Below are positions 24,557-37,509 of a stretch of DNA of 64,000 nucleotides, one piece after another. A program made the position numbers and the translations under genes. The DNA comes from Lytechinus pictus (taxonomy: Eukaryota), in assembly GCF_037042905.1 (NCBI RefSeq), contig NC_087251.1, positions 30,010,001 to 30,074,000 on the forward strand, read 5' to 3'. The notes beneath the pieces were generated by a model. It was given only the letters and a program-made list of their open reading frames with translations, was not told the DNA's origin and made no database searches. The first letter of the stretch is position 1; each line of letters starts with the position of its first letter.

Positions 24557-25489
24557 CATGTGATCACGTGCAATGCAACATGTACATGTACAGATCAATT
24601 TGCTTATTACTCAGGCAATGCCAATTATTTTTGGCAAAGAAAAATATGGAATGTTATATAAGAAATTGTTAAGACTTAAAATTTTAAAACATACATTTTT
24701 TATGTGTTTAAGTCAAGTACATCCCACCAAAAAAATTACTTGAAAAAGATAAATATCTACTGAAATGTCATCAAAATCTGAAGTACTCAGAAAATGAAGA
24801 CCTTTTCATCTGTTTGCATATTTTGTCAGAATACATGTAGCATACAGTTTATGCTTTACACTGTTAAAAAAAGTACAGAGAAATTGAAATATATAAATTG
24901 CTCTGGTTCTGTGAAAAATTGAGAAGCTCCGCTTTTTTATGGTTTTAGACAGGACACTGTAGAATCACCTTTATAAGGATATGCTTCCTAAATTTGAAAC
25001 ACATATGACAAGACAATACAAGACTGAACAAAGCTTTTAATAGGCCGATTCAGTTGAACAAAACAAACTTAGAATGAAAAATAATTCTAGCAAGCCACAT
25101 CAAGCCAAAGGATGAAAAGAACATATAAGTAATATTAAAAGGCATTCAAAAAGAACCTTGTCTGCTCATAGTATGTACATATATGTGCAATTATAATCCA
25201 AAAATACATGCAACAACTGTTATCTTACAACTGAGTGCTGCAAGCAATGCAATTATAGAATAGATCTAGACTCACTCACACAAGCATGCGAGGTTAGTTA
25301 TACTAACCTCGCACAACGCATGTCATTCATAATGAATTTTGACGTTTTCATTCATCACACGAATGTGAGAGAATAAAACACGCCAAAATCTTCTAAATTG
25401 ATACAATTTATTAATCTTAATCTTATCATCTAATTTAATTTCAAAAATATGGTCGAAGTTATTTATGAAAGTGATTTTTAAACGCTTAC

Positions 25490-25620
25490 CTCCAAATCTC
25501 GGCCAATAGATACTCCGTCAGATCCTTAATACTGCGGTGGAAATTACGCAAACAACAATCGAAATGCGAATTTTTCCTATCGAACAGTCTCGATTCAAGT
25601 CGTCAGCGCATAATAGAAAA
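25490..25620 (-). promoter_or_regulatory. Probable YIF1 first exon / TSS region
   Basis: Locally CpG-rich; strong minus-strand donor GAG|GTAAGC at 25490/25489; no in-frame ATG found. Confidence 0.55.
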
Positions 25621-25867
25621 TTGTACCAAAAAAAATCAACAGGTTGCATCTCATTTTTTTTTGTTTTGAATAATATTTTATTTTCTTCCTTATAAAATAA
25701 GTTTACAATCACAATTCATATAAATAAAGACTCTTTGCATGTATGTATACAATAAATAAACAGTCAAACAATTGAATATATGATGAAAGGGGACTGAACG
25801 AGCAAGATGTCTTGCGAGTTCAGTCGGGAAAGTGGGATGATGAGGCAAGTTCATCGGGGGTGCAGAC

Positions 25868-26325
25868 ATAGGCGGCGGAAGGGGGGAAGGGGGGTCGTGT
25901 CCCCCTAAATTTTTTGTTGATAACCCTTTTTTTTTTGCTTGTCAAAATATTTTGGTGGTCCCTCCCTGAAATTTTGGTTGATTACATTTTTTTTTTGCCT
26001 ATCAATTTTGTTTCCTGCGTCCCCCCCCCCCCATTCAGGTGGACCCCCCCTAAAATTTGTGTGGTCCCGCCCTAAAAGTTGGATTGATAACTTTTTTTTT
26101 TTTGCTTGTCAAAACAAAAAATATTGGTGGTCCCTCCCTGAAATTTTTGTTGATAACTTTTTTTTTTTGCTTACATGTATCAATTGTTTCCTGCGCCCCC
26201 CCCTAAAATTTGTGTGGTCCCACCCTAAAACTTTTGTTTGATTGATAACTTTTTTTTTTTGCTTGTCAAAAAACTTTGGTCCCTCCCTGAAATTTTAGTT
26301 GATAACCATTTTTTTGTTGCTTCAT
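25868..26325. mobile_element. MITE remnant with internal tandem repeats (ttgataac-polyT-gcttgtcaaa)
   Basis: Starts cataggcggcggaagggggg; about 5-6 internal units. Confidence 0.6.
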
Positions 26326-27339
26326 ATCGTTTGGTAAGTTTCATATCCAAAGCTTATCTGATTTAAAATCTCAGAGAAAATGCAAATTAAAATAAAATTA
26401 CCATAAAGGTATTGCAAGTGCCGTGCCAGTGGTTATCCTGTGCACGGCGGCGGTAATGTACCCATGGGTGATCTAGACTAGCCTATAATCGATTAGTGTA
26501 AGACAGATTTAAAAAATCTAATGTAAAATTACAGCCTCAGAATTTTGTCTCCTTTAATTTATGAACACCCCTACATCGAGTGTAAAATGAATGGGTGCAC
26601 AAACAAATCCAAGGACAAGTCACAAGGGTATTAGAAAGACTAGAATGTAGAGGATTTCTAAATCTAAAATAAATACTAAAATTAAATAATGGGACATGAA
26701 CACAACAAGCAAGACACAGAGATTTGTTTCATGAAAAATTACTCTCAAGAAAAAAAAGGAACAATATCAAATGAAACTATTTATATTGAGGGATTTCAAA
26801 GACATTCATGTTTAACCCAAAGTTGAATTTTAGGTGCACAACAGTGACAGGCAGCACAGACACCTCTTCAATGACGCGGATATATATGGGTTATCATGCG
26901 GATAGGAGATGCACACTACCGGGTGACGGGCGGCCTGCAAATTGACATTAACGTGCATACAAACTGAAAGTTGACAAGTTGCATCGTTGCAGAACATAAC
27001 AGCGGCAGGTTTACTCCATTTTCTGCACCACAGTAACACCAACATCTAAAATTTTAGAAAGTAACATACACTTACGATGCCTTAACCCTGGTGGAACGTC
27101 CATTTTGATCAAATTCCTGATGAAAATGAAGCAACTTAGGATTCAAAATTCTCACAATGATGTCCCGTTTCTGAAAATAAATGCCACGGTACACAAATCG
27201 GACCACCTATCTTTCTGAAAATTTTTCATTATACCAATTATGGAATGCCAAATGGAGAACAACATATTTTCTGTATTAAATTTTGCTGAGACGGCAATAA
27301 ACCTGCCTGTTCGATGAGATACATATATCTTGCTCAATA

Positions 27340-28130
27340 CACTGACATATAAAGAGCTTAAAATATCAAGTTTTGAAGTCAATAGGCCTATACAAAACAT
27401 ATTTCCGCTCGGACATCGATATTTGATTATATTGTTTAGTTTACAAATTATTTTTTAAAAGTGCTCTTTAAAATGTCCGTTTTATGGTTTGAATATCAAT
27501 ATTTTACCCAATTACCCATCCTTTTCATGATTCACAAAACATGAATAAAGTGTCCCGTTTTTAGGTCTGAAATCTCTTCTTTTATTTCCTCTCGCACTTC
27601 GCGCTCGCATCAATTGTTTAGTTATCATACCCCTCCGTTCATGATTACAAATATTGAGTGCTTAGAATTTCAATTCAGGTTGGAATGTCAAAAAAAAATC
27701 TGTTCGCGTTTCGCGATTGCATTATTGAATGGTTGAAATATGTATCATCTTCATGGCTAACTGCAAAGTCATATGTCCCTTTAAGATCACGCTAACGTAT
27801 ATTAAAAATGTTTGCTCGCGCTCGAAGTAGTTATATATTTGCATTCGCATCTTGTTTAGGATCACAATCATTACCCAGAATGTTCAATTTTCAGGACAAA
27901 ATACAAGAAATTTCCCCAAATTTAGCTCGCGCTTCGCGCTCGAACTTTTTAAATAGGGCTTATGAGATTATTCCATAAATATATTGTTTTATCAGAAAAT
28001 ACTAAAAACTGACTGTAGGACTATGCCCTCTTCAAAGAAACAAACAAAAATCAACTTTGAGCGGCCGATCGGGGAATATATAGATGAAGTTCGGGCCCCC
28101 CTATTGGCTGGAAAGCTGGATCCGCCCCTA
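27340..28130. mobile_element. Truncated hAT-like MITE with GCGCGAAGCGCGAG motifs
   Basis: End ...ctggatccgcccct; reverse-complement similarity to 37595-39500. Confidence 0.6.
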
Positions 28131-30408
28131 ATAATGATGTATAGGCACAACACGCAATAGGCGTTTCCTCTGGAAAGAAAAAAAAAGGAAAACAATAGGT
28201 ATGGATGTTCAACTGGACCTTACTTTGTGCATTTATTGAGTGTGGGTCACCTCCATATCAATACCCAACGCTAGTTAAGGCAGGGGGCAGATACCCCCCC
28301 CCCCAAAAAAAAAGTGAAAAAATAATGATCATTACAAAAAATTATGAAGATCATAGTAATATACAACTGTAGTTTCAAAGAGATAATATTTGGTTTTAGA
28401 AATTCATAAACTTTTATCAGTGTGTTGTATTTAGTAGTAAAAAAATCCAGGAAGAAAAAAATGTGCATGGATCGACACTTTCAAGATGTTTGTGACTAAA
28501 AATCATCACCTTATTTTGATGATTTTCTTTCACATTTGGATGGTGTTCATCCAGTCACTTTTTAAGTAATAATATTTGTTGTTGTGGCGTGCGCTTGTCA
28601 TCCAAGCTATGTTGGGAAGTTACTTTGAATCAGATTGAGGTTCCGGGCGAGGTTCGAACACGTCTTTGGGATGGTGACGTAAAAGGTCGGTCCACTCAGA
28701 CCATAATATCTCTGGTCCAGACGTAAATAATCATAACTAATTGATACACGTCTAAAAAAAACTCAATCACAAAAACACACAGACACACGTAATAGCAAAT
28801 CGAGGTCAATGATAATGACAGGTCTTTGCCATCCGCTTACTTTATTTCGGGTTGGCTGCACATTTCTTTTAACAGCATTTATTCGGTAACGGCACTTTGA
28901 AGAATTTTAGATTTAACAAAAAATAATATCCTTCCTTTTCAGTATTAATCACACAGATCAGTTATAATATGAATACAAATCAATGAGCAATGGACTCAAT
29001 TCAGTGAATATATTGTAGATGGAAAGATATGAATGATATTAATCATTACAATAATTCAATTCGCAACCGGCAAAAGCTGAATTACGTGAATTGGCAGGGT
29101 AAAATTTAAATATAGATACAAATTAACAACAATGAACACCATTGTTCATGAAATATTAAGCAGTGGGGGGATAGCAATATATTGAGCTGAAAATTCAAAG
29201 TCTTGGGACACATTTAAAATACTAAATTGTTTTAAATGGGGGGGGGGTCAAAAGTTATATGGTGACCTGAAAATCTTTTCGATTTTCAATTTTTCCCGTT
29301 TACTTAATTCATACTTTGTCCCCTTATGTGATACGTCTTCCTCCCTTTTCTCCTTTTTCTGTTATACCGCAACCCCCTCCCCCTTATGTCACAAACTATG
29401 GAGGTCATCACTACATCACGCACCACCCCCCCCCCGGCTCTCTCTCTGTTCTTCAACTTCCATGAAATAGTCCCGGTCCCTTTATTTGTTTTTCATTCTT
29501 CATCTTTCTCTTTCCCCCTCATTCTCTCAACCAAGATTAAACCCACATCCCGAAACTATAACTTCAACTTAAAGTCGAAAATTGAACAGCATAACACACA
29601 CATGTAATAGCCAATCCCTTTTAGTATGCCCCTATATAATTATAAACGATGCGACGTCATTGCCATGCACCACCAATTAATGTGTCAAAATTTCCTCATC
29701 AAATGAAACCGGGACTTAATTAATCTAGCGAATCGATTTCCCAAACTTGAGTTCTCCGGCTCGCCATTGTTCTTATTTTAACCGTCTCATCCACTCTTTC
29801 CCTTCCGAAATTCCAAACAGACAATCGGCTCACGATGTCCTCTCTTTCTCTCCGCATCTACTTTCCGTAGTTATCTATTTCACCTGTTCTTTTTCACTTC
29901 TTTTCTGCAATTGGCATATCCCAATTACGTAATACTTAGTACTCTTTCTTTCTCTCTCTTCCTATAACATCTCTCTTAGGTGTCCCGCTTTTATACCCTT
30001 TTCTCAAACCATCTGAAAATTGCAAGCTAGCCGGACAACGAGGAGCCTGGAACCCGGGCCTGGAATAAATCACATGACATTGACAATAGAAATACCAAGA
30101 CACTGAAGACAGCCCAAATCATAGCAACAGCCCATTCAACTCATTAATAAAATATCGAATATTTTGCAAGAAATTAACAGACGTTCACCTCCTCACTCGT
30201 TCACACTCGAAATGTCAGAAAATTTTCATAAACATGTTATTGAGGAGATCCCCTTTTTATCATCTTACAAAACAAACGAATGAGTGCGAATCACGAATTT
30301 TTGTTTTTTTAATGATTATCATTTACTTGAAAACGCAATTGTAGATGAATTGAATAGGATATACTAAATATATCAAACAAGAAACGTGAGCGGCATTTTC
30401 ATTTTGAT

Positions 30409-31997
30409 CAGCAGCGTAACAGGGGTCGGTGGCCAGGGGGGGGGGGGGGGGCAAGAGCCAAAAATTTCCCGGTCATATCATGAAACAGGCAATGGTGTCA
30501 TAAGGCAAAATTTTTGAGGGGGCAATATGGCGTATCGGGCAAATATATATATATATATATATATATAAGCGAGCGAGCAAAATTTTTTGACATTTTTATT
30601 GCAAAAATCAAATTTTGTGATAGATTTTGACATAATGTTAAAAATATGATATCATATTTCACCCTCCTCTCTTTCCCTTTTTCTCTCTTTTTTTTGTACG
30701 CCACGGTGAACAGGATTTTTTTTATGATTGTGAGCATCAGGGCGAAGCTCTATATGCCCGAGGGGGCCGAGTATGGCGCTTCTGGCAAGAAGTAGCTTAA
30801 TATAGGTCCCAAGCGCGCGAAGCGAGCGAGATAAACAAATCACATTTTCATGAGAATCTAACATGAAGATAGATTTTAACGTGATATTCAGAAAAATATA
30901 TTACACTTTCCTTTCTATCCTCATTTTTGTTTGTTTGGTTGTAGAACTTTTGGGGGCCATGGTCCAAACTCATCCATATAACAGTGCTTTATGGGTGGGG
31001 TCCAGGGCAGAGCCCCGGAACCTCTTGATATCAAAGCCATTTTAAACCTTACAGATGGCCACTTATTTTAATCAAATTGCGTGTATATTTATATAGCTTT
31101 AACACAACACATAAATTCAATGCAGTTGTGTATCGTAATCATCCAAATATTGTGAGGGGCACACCATAGCAAATGTGGGAAAATTTGTAAAAAGTCGCCA
31201 GCGAGCGAAGCGAGCCAGAAAAAAAATGGCCTGCTAAAATGAAATTCTAATTATGCGATAGAATTTTACATCATTATAGCAAATATCATGTCATATATTT
31301 TTTTTCATTCATCTCATTTCGCTGCCTCCTTTATTTTCTTTTATTTCCCCTTGGCTGTGGAACCACCCCCCGGTACGCCAGTGCTTCAACGTAAAGCTTA
31401 ATGCAGGAAGGGTCCATATAGGGGCCCGTTATAGAACCCATTAAAGGTTACAGATGAAGAGCCCCCACTGCACGGGGTCTTGACTCTTGGACAGAGCCTT
31501 TGGAGATTTAGCAAGTTTATGATAGACTTTCATACGACATTATGCTATATACCATCCATTTTTCTTCCCGCTCGTTATCGCAATCCTCGGCAGCCCGGTA
31601 GTGTACGTTATCTTGTCTCTATTCTTTATTTTCCAATTTAGATTTTGGCTAAGTCCATTCTGCCTTTATTTCCCGCTTTTGTTTGCCTTTTTGTCATCTT
31701 TAATTTATTTCCCTGTCTTGCTCATCATGCTAAAGTATTTGTATATCGGGGCGAATTGTTCTTTTTCACTTGTTCTTTTTTCCTTCCTTTTCCCGTTATC
31801 TTTCCGTTTTCCCTTTTTATGTTTTTTCTTAGTTTTCTTTTCCCTCTTCCTTTCCCTTTCCCCTTCCCCTTTTTTTCTTTCCTTTCCCTTTCTTCCCCCT
31901 TTTTTTTTCCCCGTTTTTTTTTTCCCGGTGAGCTCCGCCAGGGGGGGGGGGGGGGCAGCTTGCCCCCCCTGCCCCCCCCCCGCCTGTTACGCCACTG
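30409..31997. mobile_element. hAT-like non-autonomous element
   Basis: 8-bp TSD ATTTTGAT at 30401-30408 and 31998-32005; TIRs cagcagcgtaacagg...cctgttacgccactg. Confidence 0.85.
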
Positions 31998-34900
31998 ATT
32001 TTGATAAAGTGAAATTTTTCAATTCTATTCAATTTAGTATTTATTTCCAAATTCATTAAAAAGAACAAAATGAGAACAAAATTATATATACACAAAGAAA
32101 ATATAAATAACATAAAACAAAGCAAAACGTATCAACAGAACATAACTGAAACAAATAGTGGTGATGATAAAATTATGGTTGGAACATATTTATAAAAAAA
32201 TATAGATGAACAAAGTAATGAATGGAAATTGGGCATGCACAAAAAAGCCATAAAAAGGCTTGTTAAAACGCACATACCCAAGAAATATAAATCGTTAAAA
32301 TAAAATTCAGTATATGGTATAGATGCGGCAAGTACCAAAGAATAAATAGAGATAAAAATATTAATAATTTCTTCTTTTTTTTTAATTAAACAAACGTGAA
32401 ACAAACTTCAAGGTAAAACAGAACAGAACAGAACAAAGATAAAGATAATGAAAGATTTTATTGTCACTTCTCTCCACTTATTATTATTTTTTTTTTTACT
32501 TTCTTTTCACTTCAGGGCACTGGAAACGATTTCTTAAAGCAGATACGAACCAATAGCGCCATCTCGAGTCCTTAATTACTCATACCTGGCCAGTTTTCTA
32601 ATGCTAGTGTAGTCTAATTATACAGACCCACTTGAATGATAACATGTTGACAATAATTATGTTACCAAGTAGCAAAACAATTACTTTTTCTCTCAAAACA
32701 TTATAGTTTCTATATACAAATACAATTATAGGTCAATTTATTCTATATAGTATTAGTAGATATCGGAAAACGTATATTTTAAGACTATGTATTTATAACA
32801 CAATGTCAATGAGAGACCACACACATATCACCCCCCCCCCCCTTTAAGTAGAGGACAGGTGCTGATGTAAATTTGAAAAGCAAAAAAAAAAAGTTTTCAC
32901 TATAAAATGGAGGTCAAATTTGTCCCGAGAAATTTAAAAGCAAAAAAAATATTTCTTCCTTTTTATTCCCCCCCCCTTGGATTATGGTACTTTATTTTTG
33001 AAGGGGGGATGGCAAGTGCTTTTGAAGCCCTATCTATACTCTAATGGTTTGTCAGACATAATAGTTCATACTACATGTAATGAAAATTTATTGAAACCTG
33101 ATAAAAATATATATATCATAAGAGAGATATTGAGATTTCAAGTTCGGAGATGATTTTTTAGTTTTGGTTTTGGTGTCGATTTTTACATGCAGCACACCGG
33201 CTAACACCAAAAAAAAATGGAAATAAGATGGTCTTGGGGGCAAGTCTTGTGCGGAACAATCAATATAATCATGTTATTTTTAATATTTTTGTGTTGGAGT
33301 CATGGATGGCGATCATCATGTGCTTTCAATCACCCAATGCTAATTTATTTGAATATCATTATGCACTTTTTTTCTCGTTATAACTTATCAATTAAGTCCA
33401 TGCATCAATATGATTTTGACCATGACTCCCCTAAAAAGGTACCCTTAGGTCATGTTGAGGCTATATCCCGGCCGCTAGTCAACGGTATTTCCTATTTCCT
33501 TTGCTGTATATCATTGTATTTTGGGAGCAAGTTTAAATGTATAGAAATATTTTAAGGGGACAAGCAATATCTCTCTTAAATCAGAAAGGTAATATCTGCG
33601 TAGTTTTCTGGCTAGCAGTTAATGACGTAATAATTAATTTACCAACAGGCTAAGGAAAAGATTATTCAAAAATATCATTGAATGAAATAATGAAATAAAT
33701 TAATAAAAGAAGGTATCTAAAGTAATGTCATCAATTTAAAATGGGAACGCTCTTCACAAAAGAGTGAGCTTAATGGGTATTTATTTGGGAAAAGGAGGAG
33801 AGTCAAACCTAAGAAAACGCCCCTTTAATGTGCCACTTGACACTGAAATACAATGTAAAGAGGTGAATTATTCATAACGTTTTTATTCGCTGCATTTTAC
33901 GAAGACATAAGCATTTCATTGTGTTTTTGCACACATCAATGCTGTATTCATCGCAACCAACCGCTGAATAGACTACATACATGACATAGCAAGGAATCCA
34001 AGTCCATTGGTTATTTTGTCCGTGCACTCCTCGAAAAATAGGTCTGCTTTATGACGTAAGAATGCATGCAACGCACCTGCTACAAGCTTACTGCAACGGG
34101 TCAGAAAGCATCTGGCCGAAACTGTAAAACTACAAGCAATTATACAGCTGAAGGGAATATTTCGACGCCAAGCAAATTCTAGGGCGGCGCCTGAGATGCC
34201 CATATTAGTCATACAAACCATTTCACTGAAAAAAAAAGTCCGTGTACTGTCGCCGTCGGATGGGGGAGGGGGCAGGGGGCTAGGAGAACACCCCTGTGAT
34301 TTCCGAATGATAAACAATATAAAGGGTACTTGTATTGATACATGTATGTTCATGAACGCTGTCACATGGGCAGGGGGCTAGGTGATCGCCCTTGTGATTT
34401 CCAATTGATTGATAATATAAGGGGGAGTGTTGTATTGAAAGGCAATCGATGTATGTAATTTTCATCATTGACAATATGATTTTTTTTCTCCAAATTTTAT
34501 ATAAGCCTACAAATATTAATACTGGTCATTATCTCCCACAGTCTCTCTCTCTCTTTATTTCTCTCCCTCTCTAATAAATGCATCTCCTGCATGCATTGTT
34601 GCTACGTCATATATGCTTGAATTAACACCATCCATTGTCTATGGCTCCGCTGCTGAAAATTGGCATGATTGTGAAAAAGTATTCATCCGCGATCTTCTTA
34701 CCATGCATGTGATGGTTTAAAATTCCTCATTTATCAGTAGCATCCTTAAAGATTAGACAATGAATTTCATCAGAAAGGTAAGCAAAGAGGTTAGTTTATC
34801 ATTTGCATCTTGTATTTTAATAAAGTGTGATTGATTATAAAGTGAGATTTTGCTGCCTTAGTGTAACTTCATACAGACAATGTTAATGTCAGTCAGGCCA

Positions 34901-35282
34901 TGGTCAAATATGTACTTTGCCAAGGAGCTTCCAATATTTGAATTGAAGTAATACGATTAATAGTGAAGCCTTTCCTGAAGGCTGAATTTAAAATTTGAAA
35001 AAATAAAAAAAGATTCCTAAAATGATCGTTTTCATTTGAATCGTAGAATTTTACGACAGATTTAAAACCATTCTCAACATTTTGCTAAAACTAAAAGACC
35101 CAAGATTTAACAGGTCCATCCCTAAACATTTTGTTGCGAAAGACACCAACTTTGAAATGGCTTAAAGTAAAAAAAAAAGGAAACATTTTGACAAACCTTT
35201 TGTATTTCATTTACAGAATCTTAATGAGATAAAAACTGTGACAAAAGGCAAGACAATAACCCTGAACTAATCAGATTTTGCT

Positions 35283-35525
35283 GAAGATGAGGGGATGGTT
35301 TGGGCACACCCTCCGGACGCCCGGAGCATCACACGCCACGCCCTGACTTGACGGGAATGAAGGAAAGGTCGGTCCACTCACACTAGTACGGTTTCGAAAC
35401 AGCTTGAGGAGAGACACTGATGAGACAGAATTGAAGAGACAGGGGACCAAATGGACAAACCATGGAGCTATTACAGAACTGGGTAAAAGCAACCAAGAAC
35501 AGACTGCGATGGCGTCATATTAAGC
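35283..35525 (+). mobile_element. Degraded LINE ORF2 C-terminal fragment (RTE-like)
   Basis: Frameshifted peptides WFGHTLR, TRHALT, NSLRRDTD, TELKRQG, KNRLRWRH resemble the RTE-clade ORF2 C-terminus. Confidence 0.65.
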
Positions 35526-37509
35526 CTAATCGGCAGGGTAAGTAGCTATCATGAAAAATAAAATAAAATGAAATTTCCTAAAAGTTGATACAATTTTTGT
35601 TGCATTTTGAGTATAATACAATCTGTAGCTAAATCGGAAATATAAATCTGGAAATAAAATAAATTATAGGCCTATGTTGACAAATGAAAATATTAACTAA
35701 TAAAAAATATTAATATTTTTTGTTATTCAAGGTATCAAAGTTGCAGTGGTGGCACCAGGATTATTAAGAGAAGGGGGGGGGGAATGGATGGCAGAAGTAA
35801 GTCTTGCGGGAAACGATTTTTTTTTCTTTATCTTTCAACATTTCTGGTTATGGGAGGGGCATCTGCAACTGGGGGCAACTGTTCCAATGGGGGGGGGGGG
35901 GGCTTGGTGCCACCACCAGAAAGTTGAGAGATCCAGATTACAGAAATGCCACCTTTCCACATGCACGTGTAAAATCCCTTAGATCGTAATCCGGTGCTGT
36001 AATGAGCAAAATAATATGAGGCACAACACACATAGAAAATTTCTGAGCGAGCGAAGCGAGCTTGCGAAAATTCTGGCCTTTTTAAATTGAAAAGCTAATT
36101 TCTTTATCTTTTTTTTTTTTTTTTGGGGGGGGGCGGGCATTGCCCCCAAGCTCCCCCTCCATTAAGCAGGGTAGCTAATCATAAACAAGTAATTAACACC
36201 CAATTTGAATAGCAATTCTCTTCATCCATTATGAATTCCCCCACTCCTTCCATTAGGACGATCGACCCTCTAATTTCATTATGACTGGCGACTCTTATTA
36301 TTAATAAACCCTTTCCCTTTTTATGAATAGCGATCCTCTACTGGTTTTATAAAAGGAAGAACAGCCTGTGGCTGAAGAGGGCCATCTAACCCAGGAGTGG
36401 AGAATAAATGAATAATACAAAAAACTATCTTTTGGATTAGGACTTACGAACTAATGATTAATGACCCTCAAGAAAAGCGACCCTCATATTTTAACGCCTT
36501 TTAACGAACCACCTGACTAATAATGGTCCTAATAAGTGGTGTACCGTGGGTCACGGCATTGGGGAGGGGGGGGGGCATCAGCAAAATTTTGAGTCACTTA
36601 GTGAGTGCACAAAGTGCGCTCAGTTGCCAGGTATACTGACCTAATAGAGACATTTTAAGGACAACGGATATGTATCTCACTGATCAAATAATTCGAGCGC
36701 GAAGCGCGAGCTTAAGATTTTTTAATATTCAGGCCTACAATTAATTTGTTGTAATCATGATACGTACCTGTCTCGCTAAATGAGTATTCATATCTCACCA
36801 TAGTCATCTAATGCGAGTGCCAAGCGCTTGCTGATTTTGTTGTAATTACATCTAAGCACATGAAGCATTTGTAGTCATTGTAATCATGATTATCAACATA
36901 AGCATCTCACTAATCAAATATTGCCAGCGCGAAGCGCGAGCTGAAAATTTAGGAAATTCAGACCTGAAGAGGGGCATTCTATGGCTTGTTTTATAGGAAT
37001 GTACTAAGACCATACGTATTTCACTAACCAAATGATGCGAGCGCGAAGCGCGAGCTGAATATTTTTTATATTCAGATCAGAAAAGAATATTTTAAGGACT
37101 GATTCTAGGAATTCATGGAGAGCAGACATATCTCACCAATCCAATAATGCGAACGTAATCACGGACAGGAAATGTTTTATATTAAGACCTTAAAATGGGG
37201 CAATCATTTTAAATAGTCATGAAAAAGAAGCATTCTATTGTACATAAAACAACTCGAAGTGCGAGGAAATATATTTTGTGTATATTGACTTGAAAACGGG
37301 AGGTTGTAGTACAGCAGGATTATATATCGCGTTAAACAGACAATGCGAGCACCAGGAACAATGAAGACATAGGCCCTGAGCAAATTATGTTTCATTAAGT
37401 TATTAAAAAATGTTTCGTACGTAATATAACATAACATAATTATAATATAATATAACATAATACTGAACAATAATTTCTTCTATCCCACTACGTTTCACTT
37501 CCTTTCTCC

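Noticed and set aside
26830..27045. Cys-rich 71 aa minus-strand ORF after an AG
   Set aside because: No recognisable domain in any frame and no partner exons found
31601..32125. Hydrophobic Phe-rich ORFs (also 39513-39883)
   Set aside because: Pyrimidine-rich subterminal tracts of hAT-like MITEs
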